A stretch of 30,116 nucleotides of DNA from a virus (taxonomy: Duplodnaviria; Caudoviricetes), in the IMG/VR virus record IMGVR_UViG_3300031519_000146, positions 1 to 30,116 of that record. The stretch is one strand, 5' to 3'. Position numbers and translations under genes: made by a program. Under the pieces are notes generated by a model that saw only the letters and a list, made by a program, of their open reading frames with translations, ran no database searches and had not been told where the DNA came from. Below, piece by piece: positions 7,568 through 17,057 of the stretch. Position 1 is the first letter of the stretch. Each line of letters opens with the position of its first letter.

Positions 7568-10500
7568 TTAATATTCGATAGTCGTCCATTCTAACCGTCT
7601 TAGTGTCGCTTGACCGTCATTAGTATTCCACTGCAGTTCAATTGTTCTTGATCCAGAAGCAGGAGTGTATAAAAAAGTATGGCATTCAGTACCAAACCAA
7701 CCATTTGGGAATTCTGCATTGGTTCCTGAAATAGCAACTCCATCAAAGGGATCAAAAATAGTAACAGGTGTACCGGTGGTATCTTGTATTCTCCACCTGC
7801 CCGTACTAGTACTTTGGCCCCCGCTATCAATAGAATAACTCTGGTCTACAATTATCATTGTAGTCCCTCCTGAAGAAGTCCAAGTATGTGAATCTCCCAT
7901 AGAAGAGTATGTAGTGCCTACAACGTCTAGAGTAGATACAGGGTTTACCGCAGTATTTGTTGTGGTATTTATTGTCGGCGCACCACCAGTAGCCGGAGCT
8001 ACCCAATCATAATCAGCACCCGTCCAGCTTAGAACTTCATTTGTTCCAGCAGTACCAGTGTTTAAGTGAGTATCTACATCCGCGTCAGTGTATTGGGTAG
8101 CCCCTGCAGTTAAAAATGTAATTTGAACAGTCGAAGAAGCAGAAACATTAGTAGATCCTGAAGGCCTTATTTCTACAAAACCAGTGATTCCGCTTATCGA
8201 TTTAGTAGTAGGTACCGTATAATCGTAAAAATCAGCAGAGCTAAAAGCTTGAACTATAGATCCATCAATATAGAATTGGTACTCCGGAGAAGTTACCGTT
8301 CCAGAAATAATAGAGGCGGACAGGCGTATGTCTGTAGCTAGCCCTGCTGGGCTCTCTGTATCTGCTCCAGTAAAAGTAGGGTTTTGATTAGAAGCGTCAT
8401 AATCAATACTTGTATCTGTTGCTGAAATAGTTGCGGTGACTCCTTCCGCTCCCGTGATAGAGTTTGAAATATTAAAAGAGTTGGAGGCAGTAGCTTCTGG
8501 TAGGGAAGCCTCTCTTCCTGTAATATCTACTTTTATACTATTAAGGGCTTTGGTAGTAGGTACCGTATAATCGTAAAAATCAGCAGAGCTAAAAGCTTGA
8601 ACTACTATTCCACCTATAGAAAATTCATACTCAGCAGAAACGAAACCAGAAGAATTTGCAAATAATCTAATATCTGTAGCTGCTCCTGCTGGGCTCACTG
8701 TATCTGCTCCGTTAAACTGTGGATTACTTGAACTAGAGTCATATTCTATGCTAAAATCTGTAGCATCATATCCTATAGCTTTTGCCGAAGATTCTTTAGT
8801 TACTATAAAAGGATCGTAAACATAAGCCCCATTAATGTCTTTAGATACTTTCGCAAGAAGAGCGTCTCCAGCAACATCTACTAAAAAAGACGGCTTTTGA
8901 GCGTTCTGTCCCGATCGAGTTCTTAAAAAAGGAGTATTAACAGATAAAGAAGTATCGCTTAATACTTGAGAAACAAATCGATACTCTGAATCTACGGGTT
9001 CTATAGCTCCAGTAGTAGAGCTTACGCGTATAAAGCTTCCTTCTACAAAATCAGCTGTGAAGGTAGTTCCTAAGCCAGTAACTGTTGCACTTCCTTGAGT
9101 AGTCGATACGGTCCCCGTAATATCTAATAATCTATCTGTCTGGGCTTCAGTCCAGTAAGAAAATGAGATAGGATCTCCAGATAAATCTTTAACATTTGTG
9201 TCTACTCTAAGATACACAGCTTTCCAAGGATCCGAATCTCTAGTACTTTTATCGTATAACCAATAAATTTCGTTTCCACTAATAGTTTCAAAAGAGTAGA
9301 CATGCGCTCTACCATCTACACCACCCCCATCTTGATTAGTTGTTTGGATAAGTTTTTCGCCATTATCCGACCAATATACAGCAGATGAATAACCTGTTGG
9401 CCCACCAGAAACGATGTTCGTATACTCCGTGTTTCCTGAATCAAAGTCTATAAAGCTTATAGTGTCTACTTCAGTATTATATAAAGCAGCTACTCTAGCT
9501 TGTGAGTTTATAGCTAAACTAGCTAAACCACCAGAGCTAGAAACACTTTTAGTAGAGCTGGCATTATCAGTAGCTACTCCATAGTTGGCACCTTCATAAA
9601 ACTCGTATATATAGGAGTCCGGAGTAACTGTGTTTCCCCAACATATCCCGAGTATTCCTTCATCAGCGTCAATAGATTTAATTCTAATATTGCCCCCAGG
9701 TGTAGAAGCCTCGTATGCTAAGACGGTTGCTGATTTAGGAATATAAGAAGTAGTTCCGAAAAGAGTATAGTTACCAGTAGTATGCTCGTTCTCATTACCT
9801 GCTTGCCATCCATGAAATCCTGCAGTAAAATTCCAAGAAGACACTAAGTGGCCGCCCGACAAGGAGGCTAAGGGTTCCGCCCAATTAACCTCTGGGTACC
9901 CCGGACTATAAGCAATATGAATCTTACTATTAATAGTGTCTAGAGCAACTCCTTTCTGTATATTTCGACTTGCTGCATAAATCGCGTGTGAGTCGAGTGT
10001 ATTTGAATTAAATCCTGGAGCTTGTAGGTTTGAGTATTGAGAGTGTACTGTTATATCACCGTTTTCGGCAATTTCAAAAACAAAAACAGACCCCTTTGTA
10101 TTGTCCGAAAGCTGCGCGCTGGCGGTCGCGCCTACTCCATCACCGGTAACAGCAACGAGTGGAAGACCTCCACCAGGCAATGGATTACCGTATTGAGTAA
10201 CAGTACCTCCAATAACTTCGCCACTTTGGATCGTTGCTGTTGCTGCTAAGCCGGTATTAATAGAAAATACAAAACTAGCGGTGGTGTACCCACTGCCAAC
10301 AGTTCCAGTACCCACATTGGCAGGCACCAAAACACCAAAAGGGTTATAGGGGCTATCTCTTTGCCACTCTCTAAAATTTATAACTGCGTAGCCGTCTTTG
10401 CAGAAAGACTCGCTTGTCATATTCCAAGCAACACTATTAGTAGTAGCGATGTAGGTATCAAGAAGGCTCCCTGATACTATATCATAGGTTTTTATAGCCA

Positions 10501-13500
10501 TATTGGCTGTATCCAAAGCTACAGCAATACTATCTCTTACAATACCGAAAAGACCGTTTGCAGCTTCAGCTAGTAGCGGATTGCTAACATCCGTTAAAGA
10601 GGTTAAGTCTAAAACTTCGCTGTTGTCACTATTACTAAATACTTTTCCTTTTAAGCAGTAGTAGCTTTCTGAAACGCCTGCTGGCCATAGTTTGTCTAAA
10701 GTAACTTGGGTTGTACCGGTTGAGTTAGTTACAAGAGTTGGTACAAACTCAGGAATAGCTAAGGACTGCTCTGACTGATTTGTTGTTGAATTTAGTACTG
10801 AATAGTCTTCCTTAGAAGGAGGGGTAAATAAATAGTTTTCTTCATTTAAAAACACTTTTCCCGTCAAAGTAGAAAAAGTTTGAGAGGTAGTTAGCACTCC
10901 TCCCTTTGCTAGTCCACCTAATATTCCTCCTACTGACCCCGCAGCGGAAAAGAGATTCTTTGACACATATGACCAGGAGGACTTAATTCCTAAATCATTT
11001 ATAGTTCTAACTCGAATAGTATTATTTCCTCCAGATGCGTTGGGAACTGTAAAGCTTGTAGCGTTCGCAGGAACGTTTACAGTAGTAAAACCTGTATTAC
11101 TATTAGGAGTAGAAAAACTATGTTGCAATTCAAACGCAGATAAATATCTATAAGGAACAGTAATGTCCGTTCCGTTTGTATCTCTAAACGTTTCTGTAGG
11201 GCTTTCCCAAGAAATAACTCCATCAAAAGAGTTAGTTCCTCCAGTACCTGAATTAGCTCCAGAAGGAACGAGCTCTACAGCTACATTACCAGGGCCAGGC
11301 ACCTTATCTCTTCTTCCGGAAACACTAATATAGGAGACTTGAGGGGCTCTTTTTTCTATATCTATTTCATCAAACTTTAGAGAATAATAAGCAGCAGCTG
11401 TTATATTATATACTTCTTCTGTTTCCTCTATTGCTAAAATTCTATAGGGTTTTAAATCTGCATAGGTAGAAGAGGAAGATTTTATAGCCCATATAACATC
11501 TTTTTCTGCAGACGAAGAATAGTTCGCTACTACTGCTATTTCTGTCCCAGAAGTTGCTCCCGTAGAAATTTGCTGAGTCTCGATTCTAGTATTTTTAGAG
11601 AATTGTGTTGCTACATTATTACCAGAGGCATCTGTTAAGTTTGCCGCATCTGTTTGCGAACTAATAGGATTTCCCAAGTTGTCTTCAGTTAAAAGAGCAC
11701 CCCTAAAATAATCTACGCCATTAATATTTGCAGAAGTTTGAGCTAAGTATATGCCTGGCTCCGGAAATATTAAGTATAAGAAATACTCTTCTGAAGATAA
11801 TAGATCAATAGTTCTATCTATTTGTATTAAATTCTGTGTTGATCCGACAACGGTTCTACCACTAAAAATAGTATTTAGTTCGTCTGAGTCCGCTACATTT
11901 ATCAAGTCTCCTGGACGTAAAAATCCGGCATTGATAGAGGTTGAAAAAGAAACTAGCTCTGTTTCATTAATATCGGTAGATAGGGACCACTTACCCAAAC
12001 GTCTTGCCTGAGATTCTGAAGTACACGCAAAAGCAACAAGATCTTTCTTTATTATTCTACCTTGTTTTGCTATATTAGGAACATCGTCTAAAGTGAGAAT
12101 GGTTTGTTTATAGAGCTCTTCCGGATTATTCCAGGTAACATTTACTTGGTTAACTCTTGCCTTTTGACCAGTATAAATATAGCTGAAAGATCCTTCTGAT
12201 ACATTTGCTTTATTAAAAGTGTATACAGGTTCTTTGGGTCTGTCTTGTACTGCTGTAATTTTCCCATCAATCCAATACATCATTCCTCTAAAAACAGAAG
12301 CGAAATCTTTTAATACTTTATAAGCTTCTTGCTGACCTTGTAAATACACATTACAAGTGAATCTAGGCTCTGTTCCTCCTTCACCGTCAGCAACTAATTC
12401 GTCACAATATCTGGCTATTTGATAGAGGGCGTACACATCAACGTCCTCTTCGTTTATGTATTCTCCGAGTCCTATCTCCTTATCAACAAGCAGGTCATAA
12501 AAAATCCACGCAGGATTATTAGTATAAACTTTATAAAAATTAGGGTTGCTCCCCCCTAGACTCTTATCTCCTCTAAAAGTTCCGTCCCAATCTTGGTAAG
12601 ACCCTATGTCGAAACCCGTAGTAATATTTCTAGTGTATAATGCTGAGTTCGATCCTGTTTCTTCTCTAGTAAAGTAGTTTGTGGGTACTTTTACCTTTCT
12701 CCCCCTAACAAGATAACTTCTATTCGGGGGAGTAGGGAAATCTTCGGCCGAAAATCCTGTGACAACATAAGCAGAGTTCGGATAAGTTAATTTATCTAAA
12801 AAGATCGCCTCTACTGTTCTTATTACGCAAAGTCCTTGAAAATTATTATCATCTATTGCGTACTTAGTTAAAGTTTCTGGAGATAATCTTTTTATACCAA
12901 CTCTCCAGTTACTACCTAATTCAGCTATATTTAGAGAGGCGATATTAATTTCAAACTCTGCAGTAAACTTTGTAGCATTCCCTTTTCTATGTACCACTCC
13001 TCTGTTATATCTTGTACCATCAGGATATTTATAAAAATTCTTGGCAGTATTTATATTTCCCGCATCCCAGGAAGGGATTGAGGAAGTGAAGTCTGCTCCG
13101 CCATAATTTCTACCTGTTACTAAGTATTCTTGAGTGGGTGTAATTCCTGGGTCAAAAGTAATCTGAAATTCTGCATAAGTGTCCCTCTCTTCTCCCTCTC
13201 TACCATTATGCCGTAACCCTGCAGGAAACTCTACATTTATCTTTATCTTATCTATTTCTTTTGCGGCATTTTGCCCAAAGTTAAACTCTCCTGCGGTAAT
13301 ATATTTTGTGGCTTGGGTTCCTGCAGTTGCAATATCTTTCTGGTCAACACCTGAACAAGAATCGTGCCACTTTAATTCAAAATTAGGAGCAATTAGATAA
13401 GAAGCAGAAGGCACACCTACAACTTCTGTTATAGGGGGCTGATCGACTTTCCCCGACCTAAAAACAGCAAAAGTATTGTCATATGCCAAATCCTCATTAA

Positions 13501-14140
13501 GATCGGTAGACTTTAGGACGGAAATAGGCTGAGACAGTTTTACGTAAACATTGGTTGGTTGGCCGACATTAACAGAGGCATCTAATACTACAGAAGAGTC
13601 CGATACTTTTGATGATACCTTGCCGATAAAGTCTACAACAACACTTTTTCCTGTTAGACTATTCGGCGGGGGCGGATAGAGTTGATCTAAAAGAACCCCC
13701 GACCAGTCTGTCCCACTTTCGTCCCCTCCTATAACTCTTACTAAGTTTTTTAAAGGGTCATCAAGTTGAGTTGGTCTACCGTTTAATACATTAGAACGAT
13801 ATGAGGAAGTAAAGGAATTAATAGTTTGCCCTACTCCGTCTACCGCTAAAGGTGCTACTGAAGTAATAGTTCCAGCTAGCTGTGCTCCATATATTTGAAT
13901 ATAATAATCACCCGAACTTAAGTCTAAATCTGCAAACAAATTTCCAGCATCAGTTATTAAGTTTCCCGTAACTTTAGCAGTCCCAACTTTATAAGAGTTA
14001 TTGTTATATGTAGAAGAGTCTAATAGAGCAGTATTATTTAAATATACCCCCGCTAGACCATCAACAATCCCCTCTATTTCTCCAGCGGAAAGTAGGTCTG
14101 TTACTACGCCATATTGTTTTTCTGTTTTAACAACCGTCAT
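7568..14140 (-). CDS. Tail tip / central tail fibre protein, lambda gpJ-like, with an extended C-terminal receptor-binding region (2190 aa)
   Basis: gpJ motifs DLLSAGEIEG, YTNNPAWIFYDLL, LYQIARYCDELV.DG.GG.EPRFTCN, ACTSESQARRLGKW and LRPGDLI; an FN3-like domain (ISWESP...IRVRTINDLGIKSSW); position after gpK and gpI; RBS TAAGGA. Confidence 0.93.
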   Translation of the reverse strand: MTVVKTEKQYGVVTDLLSAGEIEGIVDGLAGVYLNNTALLDSSTYNNNSYKVGTAKVTGNLITDAGNLFADLDLSSGDYYIQIYGAQLAGTITSVAPLAVDGVGQTINSFTSSYRSNVLNGRPTQLDDPLKNLVRVIGGDESGTDWSGVLLDQLYPPPPNSLTGKSVVVDFIGKVSSKVSDSSVVLDASVNVGQPTNVYVKLSQPISVLKSTDLNEDLAYDNTFAVFRSGKVDQPPITEVVGVPSASYLIAPNFELKWHDSCSGVDQKDIATAGTQATKYITAGEFNFGQNAAKEIDKIKINVEFPAGLRHNGREGEERDTYAEFQITFDPGITPTQEYLVTGRNYGGADFTSSIPSWDAGNINTAKNFYKYPDGTRYNRGVVHRKGNATKFTAEFEINIASLNIAELGSNWRVGIKRLSPETLTKYAIDDNNFQGLCVIRTVEAIFLDKLTYPNSAYVVTGFSAEDFPTPPNRSYLVRGRKVKVPTNYFTREETGSNSALYTRNITTGFDIGSYQDWDGTFRGDKSLGGSNPNFYKVYTNNPAWIFYDLLVDKEIGLGEYINEEDVDVYALYQIARYCDELVADGEGGTEPRFTCNVYLQGQQEAYKVLKDFASVFRGMMYWIDGKITAVQDRPKEPVYTFNKANVSEGSFSYIYTGQKARVNQVNVTWNNPEELYKQTILTLDDVPNIAKQGRIIKKDLVAFACTSESQARRLGKWSLSTDINETELVSFSTSINAGFLRPGDLINVADSDELNTIFSGRTVVGSTQNLIQIDRTIDLLSSEEYFLYLIFPEPGIYLAQTSANINGVDYFRGALLTEDNLGNPISSQTDAANLTDASGNNVATQFSKNTRIETQQISTGATSGTEIAVVANYSSSAEKDVIWAIKSSSSTYADLKPYRILAIEETEEVYNITAAAYYSLKFDEIDIEKRAPQVSYISVSGRRDKVPGPGNVAVELVPSGANSGTGGTNSFDGVISWESPTETFRDTNGTDITVPYRYLSAFELQHSFSTPNSNTGFTTVNVPANATSFTVPNASGGNNTIRVRTINDLGIKSSWSYVSKNLFSAAGSVGGILGGLAKGGVLTTSQTFSTLTGKVFLNEENYLFTPPSKEDYSVLNSTTNQSEQSLAIPEFVPTLVTNSTGTTQVTLDKLWPAGVSESYYCLKGKVFSNSDNSEVLDLTSLTDVSNPLLAEAANGLFGIVRDSIAVALDTANMAIKTYDIVSGSLLDTYIATTNSVAWNMTSESFCKDGYAVINFREWQRDSPYNPFGVLVPANVGTGTVGSGYTTASFVFSINTGLAATATIQSGEVIGGTVTQYGNPLPGGGLPLVAVTGDGVGATASAQLSDNTKGSVFVFEIAENGDITVHSQYSNLQAPGFNSNTLDSHAIYAASRNIQKGVALDTINSKIHIAYSPGYPEVNWAEPLASLSGGHLVSSWNFTAGFHGWQAGNENEHTTGNYTLFGTTSYIPKSATVLAYEASTPGGNIRIKSIDADEGILGICWGNTVTPDSYIYEFYEGANYGVATDNASSTKSVSSSGGLASLAINSQARVAALYNTEVDTISFIDFDSGNTEYTNIVSGGPTGYSSAVYWSDNGEKLIQTTNQDGGGVDGRAHVYSFETISGNEIYWLYDKSTRDSDPWKAVYLRVDTNVKDLSGDPISFSYWTEAQTDRLLDITGTVSTTQGSATVTGLGTTFTADFVEGSFIRVSSTTGAIEPVDSEYRFVSQVLSDTSLSVNTPFLRTRSGQNAQKPSFLVDVAGDALLAKVSKDINGAYVYDPFIVTKESSAKAIGYDATDFSIEYDSSSSNPQFNGADTVSPAGAATDIRLFANSSGFVSAEYEFSIGGIVVQAFSSADFYDYTVPTTKALNSIKVDITGREASLPEATASNSFNISNSITGAEGVTATISATDTSIDYDASNQNPTFTGADTESPAGLATDIRLSASIISGTVTSPEYQFYIDGSIVQAFSSADFYDYTVPTTKSISGITGFVEIRPSGSTNVSASSTVQITFLTAGATQYTDADVDTHLNTGTAGTNEVLSWTGADYDWVAPATGGAPTINTTTNTAVNPVSTLDVVGTTYSSMGDSHTWTSSGGTTMIIVDQSYSIDSGGQSTSTGRWRIQDTTGTPVTIFDPFDGVAISGTNAEFPNGWFGTECHTFLYTPASGSRTIELQWNTNDGQATLRRLEWTTIEY
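8205..8604. repeat. Perfect 52-bp direct repeat (8205-8256 and 8553-8604, period 348 bp) within a tandem ~116-aa domain duplication in gpJ
   Basis: gtagtaggtaccgtataatcgtaaaaatcagcagagctaaaagcttgaacta occurs twice and encodes VQAFSSADFYDYTVPTT. Confidence 0.9.
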
Positions 14141-14151
14141 TGTATATATCC

Positions 14152-14856
14152 TTAGTACTTATAGTTATAAGAGCTATTCTCAGTGAAAAGATTTTCTGTA
14201 ATTGAAGCGCCATTTCTGGCTACTCCTTCGTTACCCGTTGAATAATTAATGAAACCTGTTGTCTGAAAAGGTGTACCTTGATAGTGAACTGAAATAGGCT
14301 TTCCTCCTATCAACAATTCGCCGTAACAAACAGGAACAGGTAGTCCTTGCTGTGTAGTGTTTACAGGACCATTAAATAAGTATCCCTCATTTTGGCCTGG
14401 ATCTGTCTCGGGCCCAGGAGCTAATAATTCTGAGATACCTGCTAAGGCTAAATTAGTGGCTAACCCAAGTACAGCACTACCCGCAAAGCTTAAACCACCA
14501 CCGGCAGCGGTTGCCCATCCGGCTGCTCCAAATCCACCAGTCAATCCTACTACCGCTATTATTGCGATAGCGGTAAGTATTTTTTTAACTCCTCCCTTGC
14601 TTCCGGAAGGAACTTCTGTTATTATAATATCTTCTTTACCTAGGCCATTTAAAAGTAACTCTTCGGGAGACTCTAAAAACTCCTCCCCTCTTCTTATCTC
14701 AAAGCCTACATCTGCTTCGGCAGCATCTATTAGGTATTGTCTAAATCCTTGCCTTTGGCACTCTATCAATTTAAAAATATCTCTTATATTATTACACTTA
14801 GTACTCCACTTGTTGCCAAATCTTTCTATGCCCCCGACTAAATAAACTGTTTGCAT
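14152..14856 (-). CDS. Tail assembly protein, lambda gpI-like (234 aa)
   Basis: N-terminal ubiquitin-like segment, a Gly/Ala-rich hydrophobic stretch, then YLFNGPVNTTQQGLPVPVCYGELLIG; lies between gpK and gpJ; RBS AGGAGG. Confidence 0.9.
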   Translation of the reverse strand: MQTVYLVGGIERFGNKWSTKCNNIRDIFKLIECQRQGFRQYLIDAAEADVGFEIRRGEEFLESPEELLLNGLGKEDIIITEVPSGSKGGVKKILTAIAIIAVVGLTGGFGAAGWATAAGGGLSFAGSAVLGLATNLALAGISELLAPGPETDPGQNEGYLFNGPVNTTQQGLPVPVCYGELLIGGKPISVHYQGTPFQTTGFINYSTGNEGVARNGASITENLFTENSSYNYKY

Positions 14857-15539
14857 CTAACATACCTCCTTATAAACTTTTTCCAGTCGTAAACAGAATC
14901 TCTGCAAGAGAGCCTGTTGACTGCATGATGTAAAAATACACCTTCCTCTAAATACACCCCGCAATGATTTGGAACTTCTGAGTATATACTAAAAATAATC
15001 CCATCCCCCTTCCTAGGGGAACTAACCTCTACGAACCCAAAATCTGTAAATAAATCATCAAAATAATTTAAGCCTTTTTCCCACCAGTTATCCTCAAATA
15101 GTATTGTTGGAAGCATTAAATCAAATTCTTGTCTGTAGTAATCCCTAACTAGAGAGTAACAATCACTCTCACCAAAAACATAGTCTCTTCCTAGCAAAGG
15201 TTTAGATACATGTTCTGGAGTATAAAAAGTTTTTGTTCCTTCTGGTATAGAGAATATTAAATAGGGTATCCCTAAAAAATTACTAGTTTTCTTGTCTTTT
15301 TCACTAGGATCACTACTTTGATCAGGATGACTATGTACAATAGCGTAGATATCTCCAGATAAGTTTGCTTTTATTATTTCTTCTGCAGGGATTACAAAAG
15401 AATCCTCGGGACTATCAGAAATATTTTCACAAGGTTTCCAATGTATTTTACCCTTTTTATTTACAAGAAGGCCGCAACCTTCTCTTGGATATTCTTCTAC
15501 AAAATGTTTTAATATGTTATTATCTTCGTTGCTGTACAC
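14838..15539 (-). CDS. Tail tip assembly protein, lambda gpK-like (JAB/MPN + NlpC/P60), probable GTG start at 15539 (233 aa)
   Basis: EYPREGCG and VHSHP..S.PS..D (JAB); DCYSLVRDYY, NHCGVY and FLHH (NlpC/P60). GGAGG lies 8 nt upstream of the GTG at 15539. Confidence 0.9.
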   Translation of the reverse strand: MYSNEDNNILKHFVEEYPREGCGLLVNKKGKIHWKPCENISDSPEDSFVIPAEEIIKANLSGDIYAIVHSHPDQSSDPSEKDKKTSNFLGIPYLIFSIPEGTKTFYTPEHVSKPLLGRDYVFGESDCYSLVRDYYRQEFDLMLPTILFEDNWWEKGLNYFDDLFTDFGFVEVSSPRKGDGIIFSIYSEVPNHCGVYLEEGVFLHHAVNRLSCRDSVYDWKKFIRRYVRCKQFI

Positions 15540-16683
15540 CGGGGTATCCTCCGAAGGGAAGCGGGCGACCCTTATTTGACATTTGAAACCTTTTCTTGCA
15601 GGAATTAAGACTCTTTCCACAAATATCAGCATTCTCCATAAAAGTTGGGTCCCCTAGTTGGATGGTTCCTGCAACTATATTTTGACTATCAAAACTTAGA
15701 TTTTTTACTTGATATGGCACATCTATAACACCTGTGTCGCTAAAATAGTCGTTATACCTCTTATCTACGTACCCATCTAGAGTAACAGCAGTTATTACTG
15801 CTTGTGTATTTACTAGCCTAACGTGTTCCCAAGAGGTGGACCCCGAAGTAGGAGAATCAGAAGTAGCCTTTACACAACAAAAAAAGTCTTTTACTGCCGC
15901 AGGACTAAGAGTCCCATCTTCGTTTTTTCGAGTAGTAGTAGAATCGATATATACTCTATCAAATTTACTATAGCTTCCTGCCACGTACAAAATAAAGTCG
16001 TCTTCATCGAGAGGCACTAGGTACTCGTCATCCTTATTTACGTATACTCCACCACCAAGACTTAGATTAAATAGGTCTGTCCCACCTCCCTTCGCACTTT
16101 CTTGTACGCTATAAGGGCACCCTCCTACTCTGTTTTGAATGAGAACTTCTTTAGCAGCTCCTTTATATTTCCAGCTACACGCCCCTCCAATAATTGATCT
16201 AGAAGGTAGCTTCACACCCGCTAAGTCAAAAGGTGCGCTGAGTTCAAAAGTTACTGTTACAGGATTCTTCTCTTTAATAGTATCAATGATAAAAGTAGTT
16301 TTTGGAAACTCTACTGGGTTGGTATAAGTAACAGAGTCTAAATATTTTTCTAAGGTAGTTCTTCTAGTTATTCTTCTTCCTATTAGATCTTCGAAAGTCA
16401 ATCCACCTAGCTGTTCTGAAAAAACACTTTCAATATTTGCAACTATTAATTCGGGTCTTGAATATACTCCATCACTACTAATATCGAATCCTGTAGCCGT
16501 TAAGGGTAAAGCGACATAAGTTCTAAGAACACTTCCTTCGTCTGGAAAAGTCACTTCTGCTAAATCACCCCCTACGCCTGCATAGAAATAGGCATAAGAT
16601 CCAGGAGAGTACTCTAGATCATAAAGATATATTAGCCCAAATCCCGGCTCTTGTAGTTGTGTTGTTTTTATAATATCAGTCAT
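15520..16683 (-). CDS. Minor tail tip protein, lambda gpL-like, with an internal insertion (387 aa)
   Basis: Motifs SRPELIVAN, DLIGRRITRRTTLEKYLD, VTFELSAPFDL..LPSR and C.W.Y..GC...DICGKSLNSCKKRF..LPFGGYPG, including the four-Cys pattern. Confidence 0.9.
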   Translation of the reverse strand: MTDIIKTTQLQEPGFGLIYLYDLEYSPGSYAYFYAGVGGDLAEVTFPDEGSVLRTYVALPLTATGFDISSDGVYSRPELIVANIESVFSEQLGGLTFEDLIGRRITRRTTLEKYLDSVTYTNPVEFPKTTFIIDTIKEKNPVTVTFELSAPFDLAGVKLPSRSIIGGACSWKYKGAAKEVLIQNRVGGCPYSVQESAKGGGTDLFNLSLGGGVYVNKDDEYLVPLDEDDFILYVAGSYSKFDRVYIDSTTTRKNEDGTLSPAAVKDFFCCVKATSDSPTSGSTSWEHVRLVNTQAVITAVTLDGYVDKRYNDYFSDTGVIDVPYQVKNLSFDSQNIVAGTIQLGDPTFMENADICGKSLNSCKKRFQMSNKGRPLPFGGYPGVQQRR

Positions 16684-17048
16684 GGGTAAACCCTTTTAAA
16701 TGTTGCTGAGCAGGAATAAATATCGAAATCTACGTATGATTGTATAAAGCTTTCACAAACAACGTTTACTGTTTCTTCCGGAGGGCTTATTGACCCATTC
16801 GGAATCACTAAAGGGAAAGATATATGCCCTTTCTTAGAGGATAGAAAAGAAATAATATCGTCTATATCAGCCTTTGCTCTGTTTGTAAAAGCTATATTCC
16901 AGGTCTCTTTTTCATGGTTAATATCTCCCTGAGTTCCTCTCTGAGAAAAGTTATTAACTTTATAGTCAATTTTATCCGTATCAACTTTGGTAGAGAAAAG
17001 TCTGTCTGGTACCCTGTTGGTTACTCCGTCATTAAACCCTAAAGCCAT
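16680..17048 (-). CDS. Stand-alone distal tail protein, lambda gpM-like (122 aa)
   Basis: WNIAFTNRAKADIDDIISFL..KKG..SF...VVCE...SCSATFKRVY; directly upstream of gpL with an ATGA overlap. Confidence 0.8.
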   Translation of the reverse strand: MALGFNDGVTNRVPDRLFSTKVDTDKIDYKVNNFSQRGTQGDINHEKETWNIAFTNRAKADIDDIISFLSSKKGHISFPLVIPNGSISPPEETVNVVCESFIQSYVDFDIYSCSATFKRVYP

Positions 17049-17057
17049 AATTATTCC

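Noticed and set aside
8205-8604. 52-bp repeat pair as a DGR template/variable repeat, CRISPR array or att site
   Set aside because: There are only two identical in-frame coding copies with no adenine-specific mismatches. No reverse transcriptase, cas gene or integrase is present in the window.
15540-15632. 31-aa N-terminal extension of gpK in the ORF track
   Set aside because: It overlaps the conserved gpL C-terminus. The GTG at 15539 has a well-spaced GGAGG and matches the expected start of the JAB domain.
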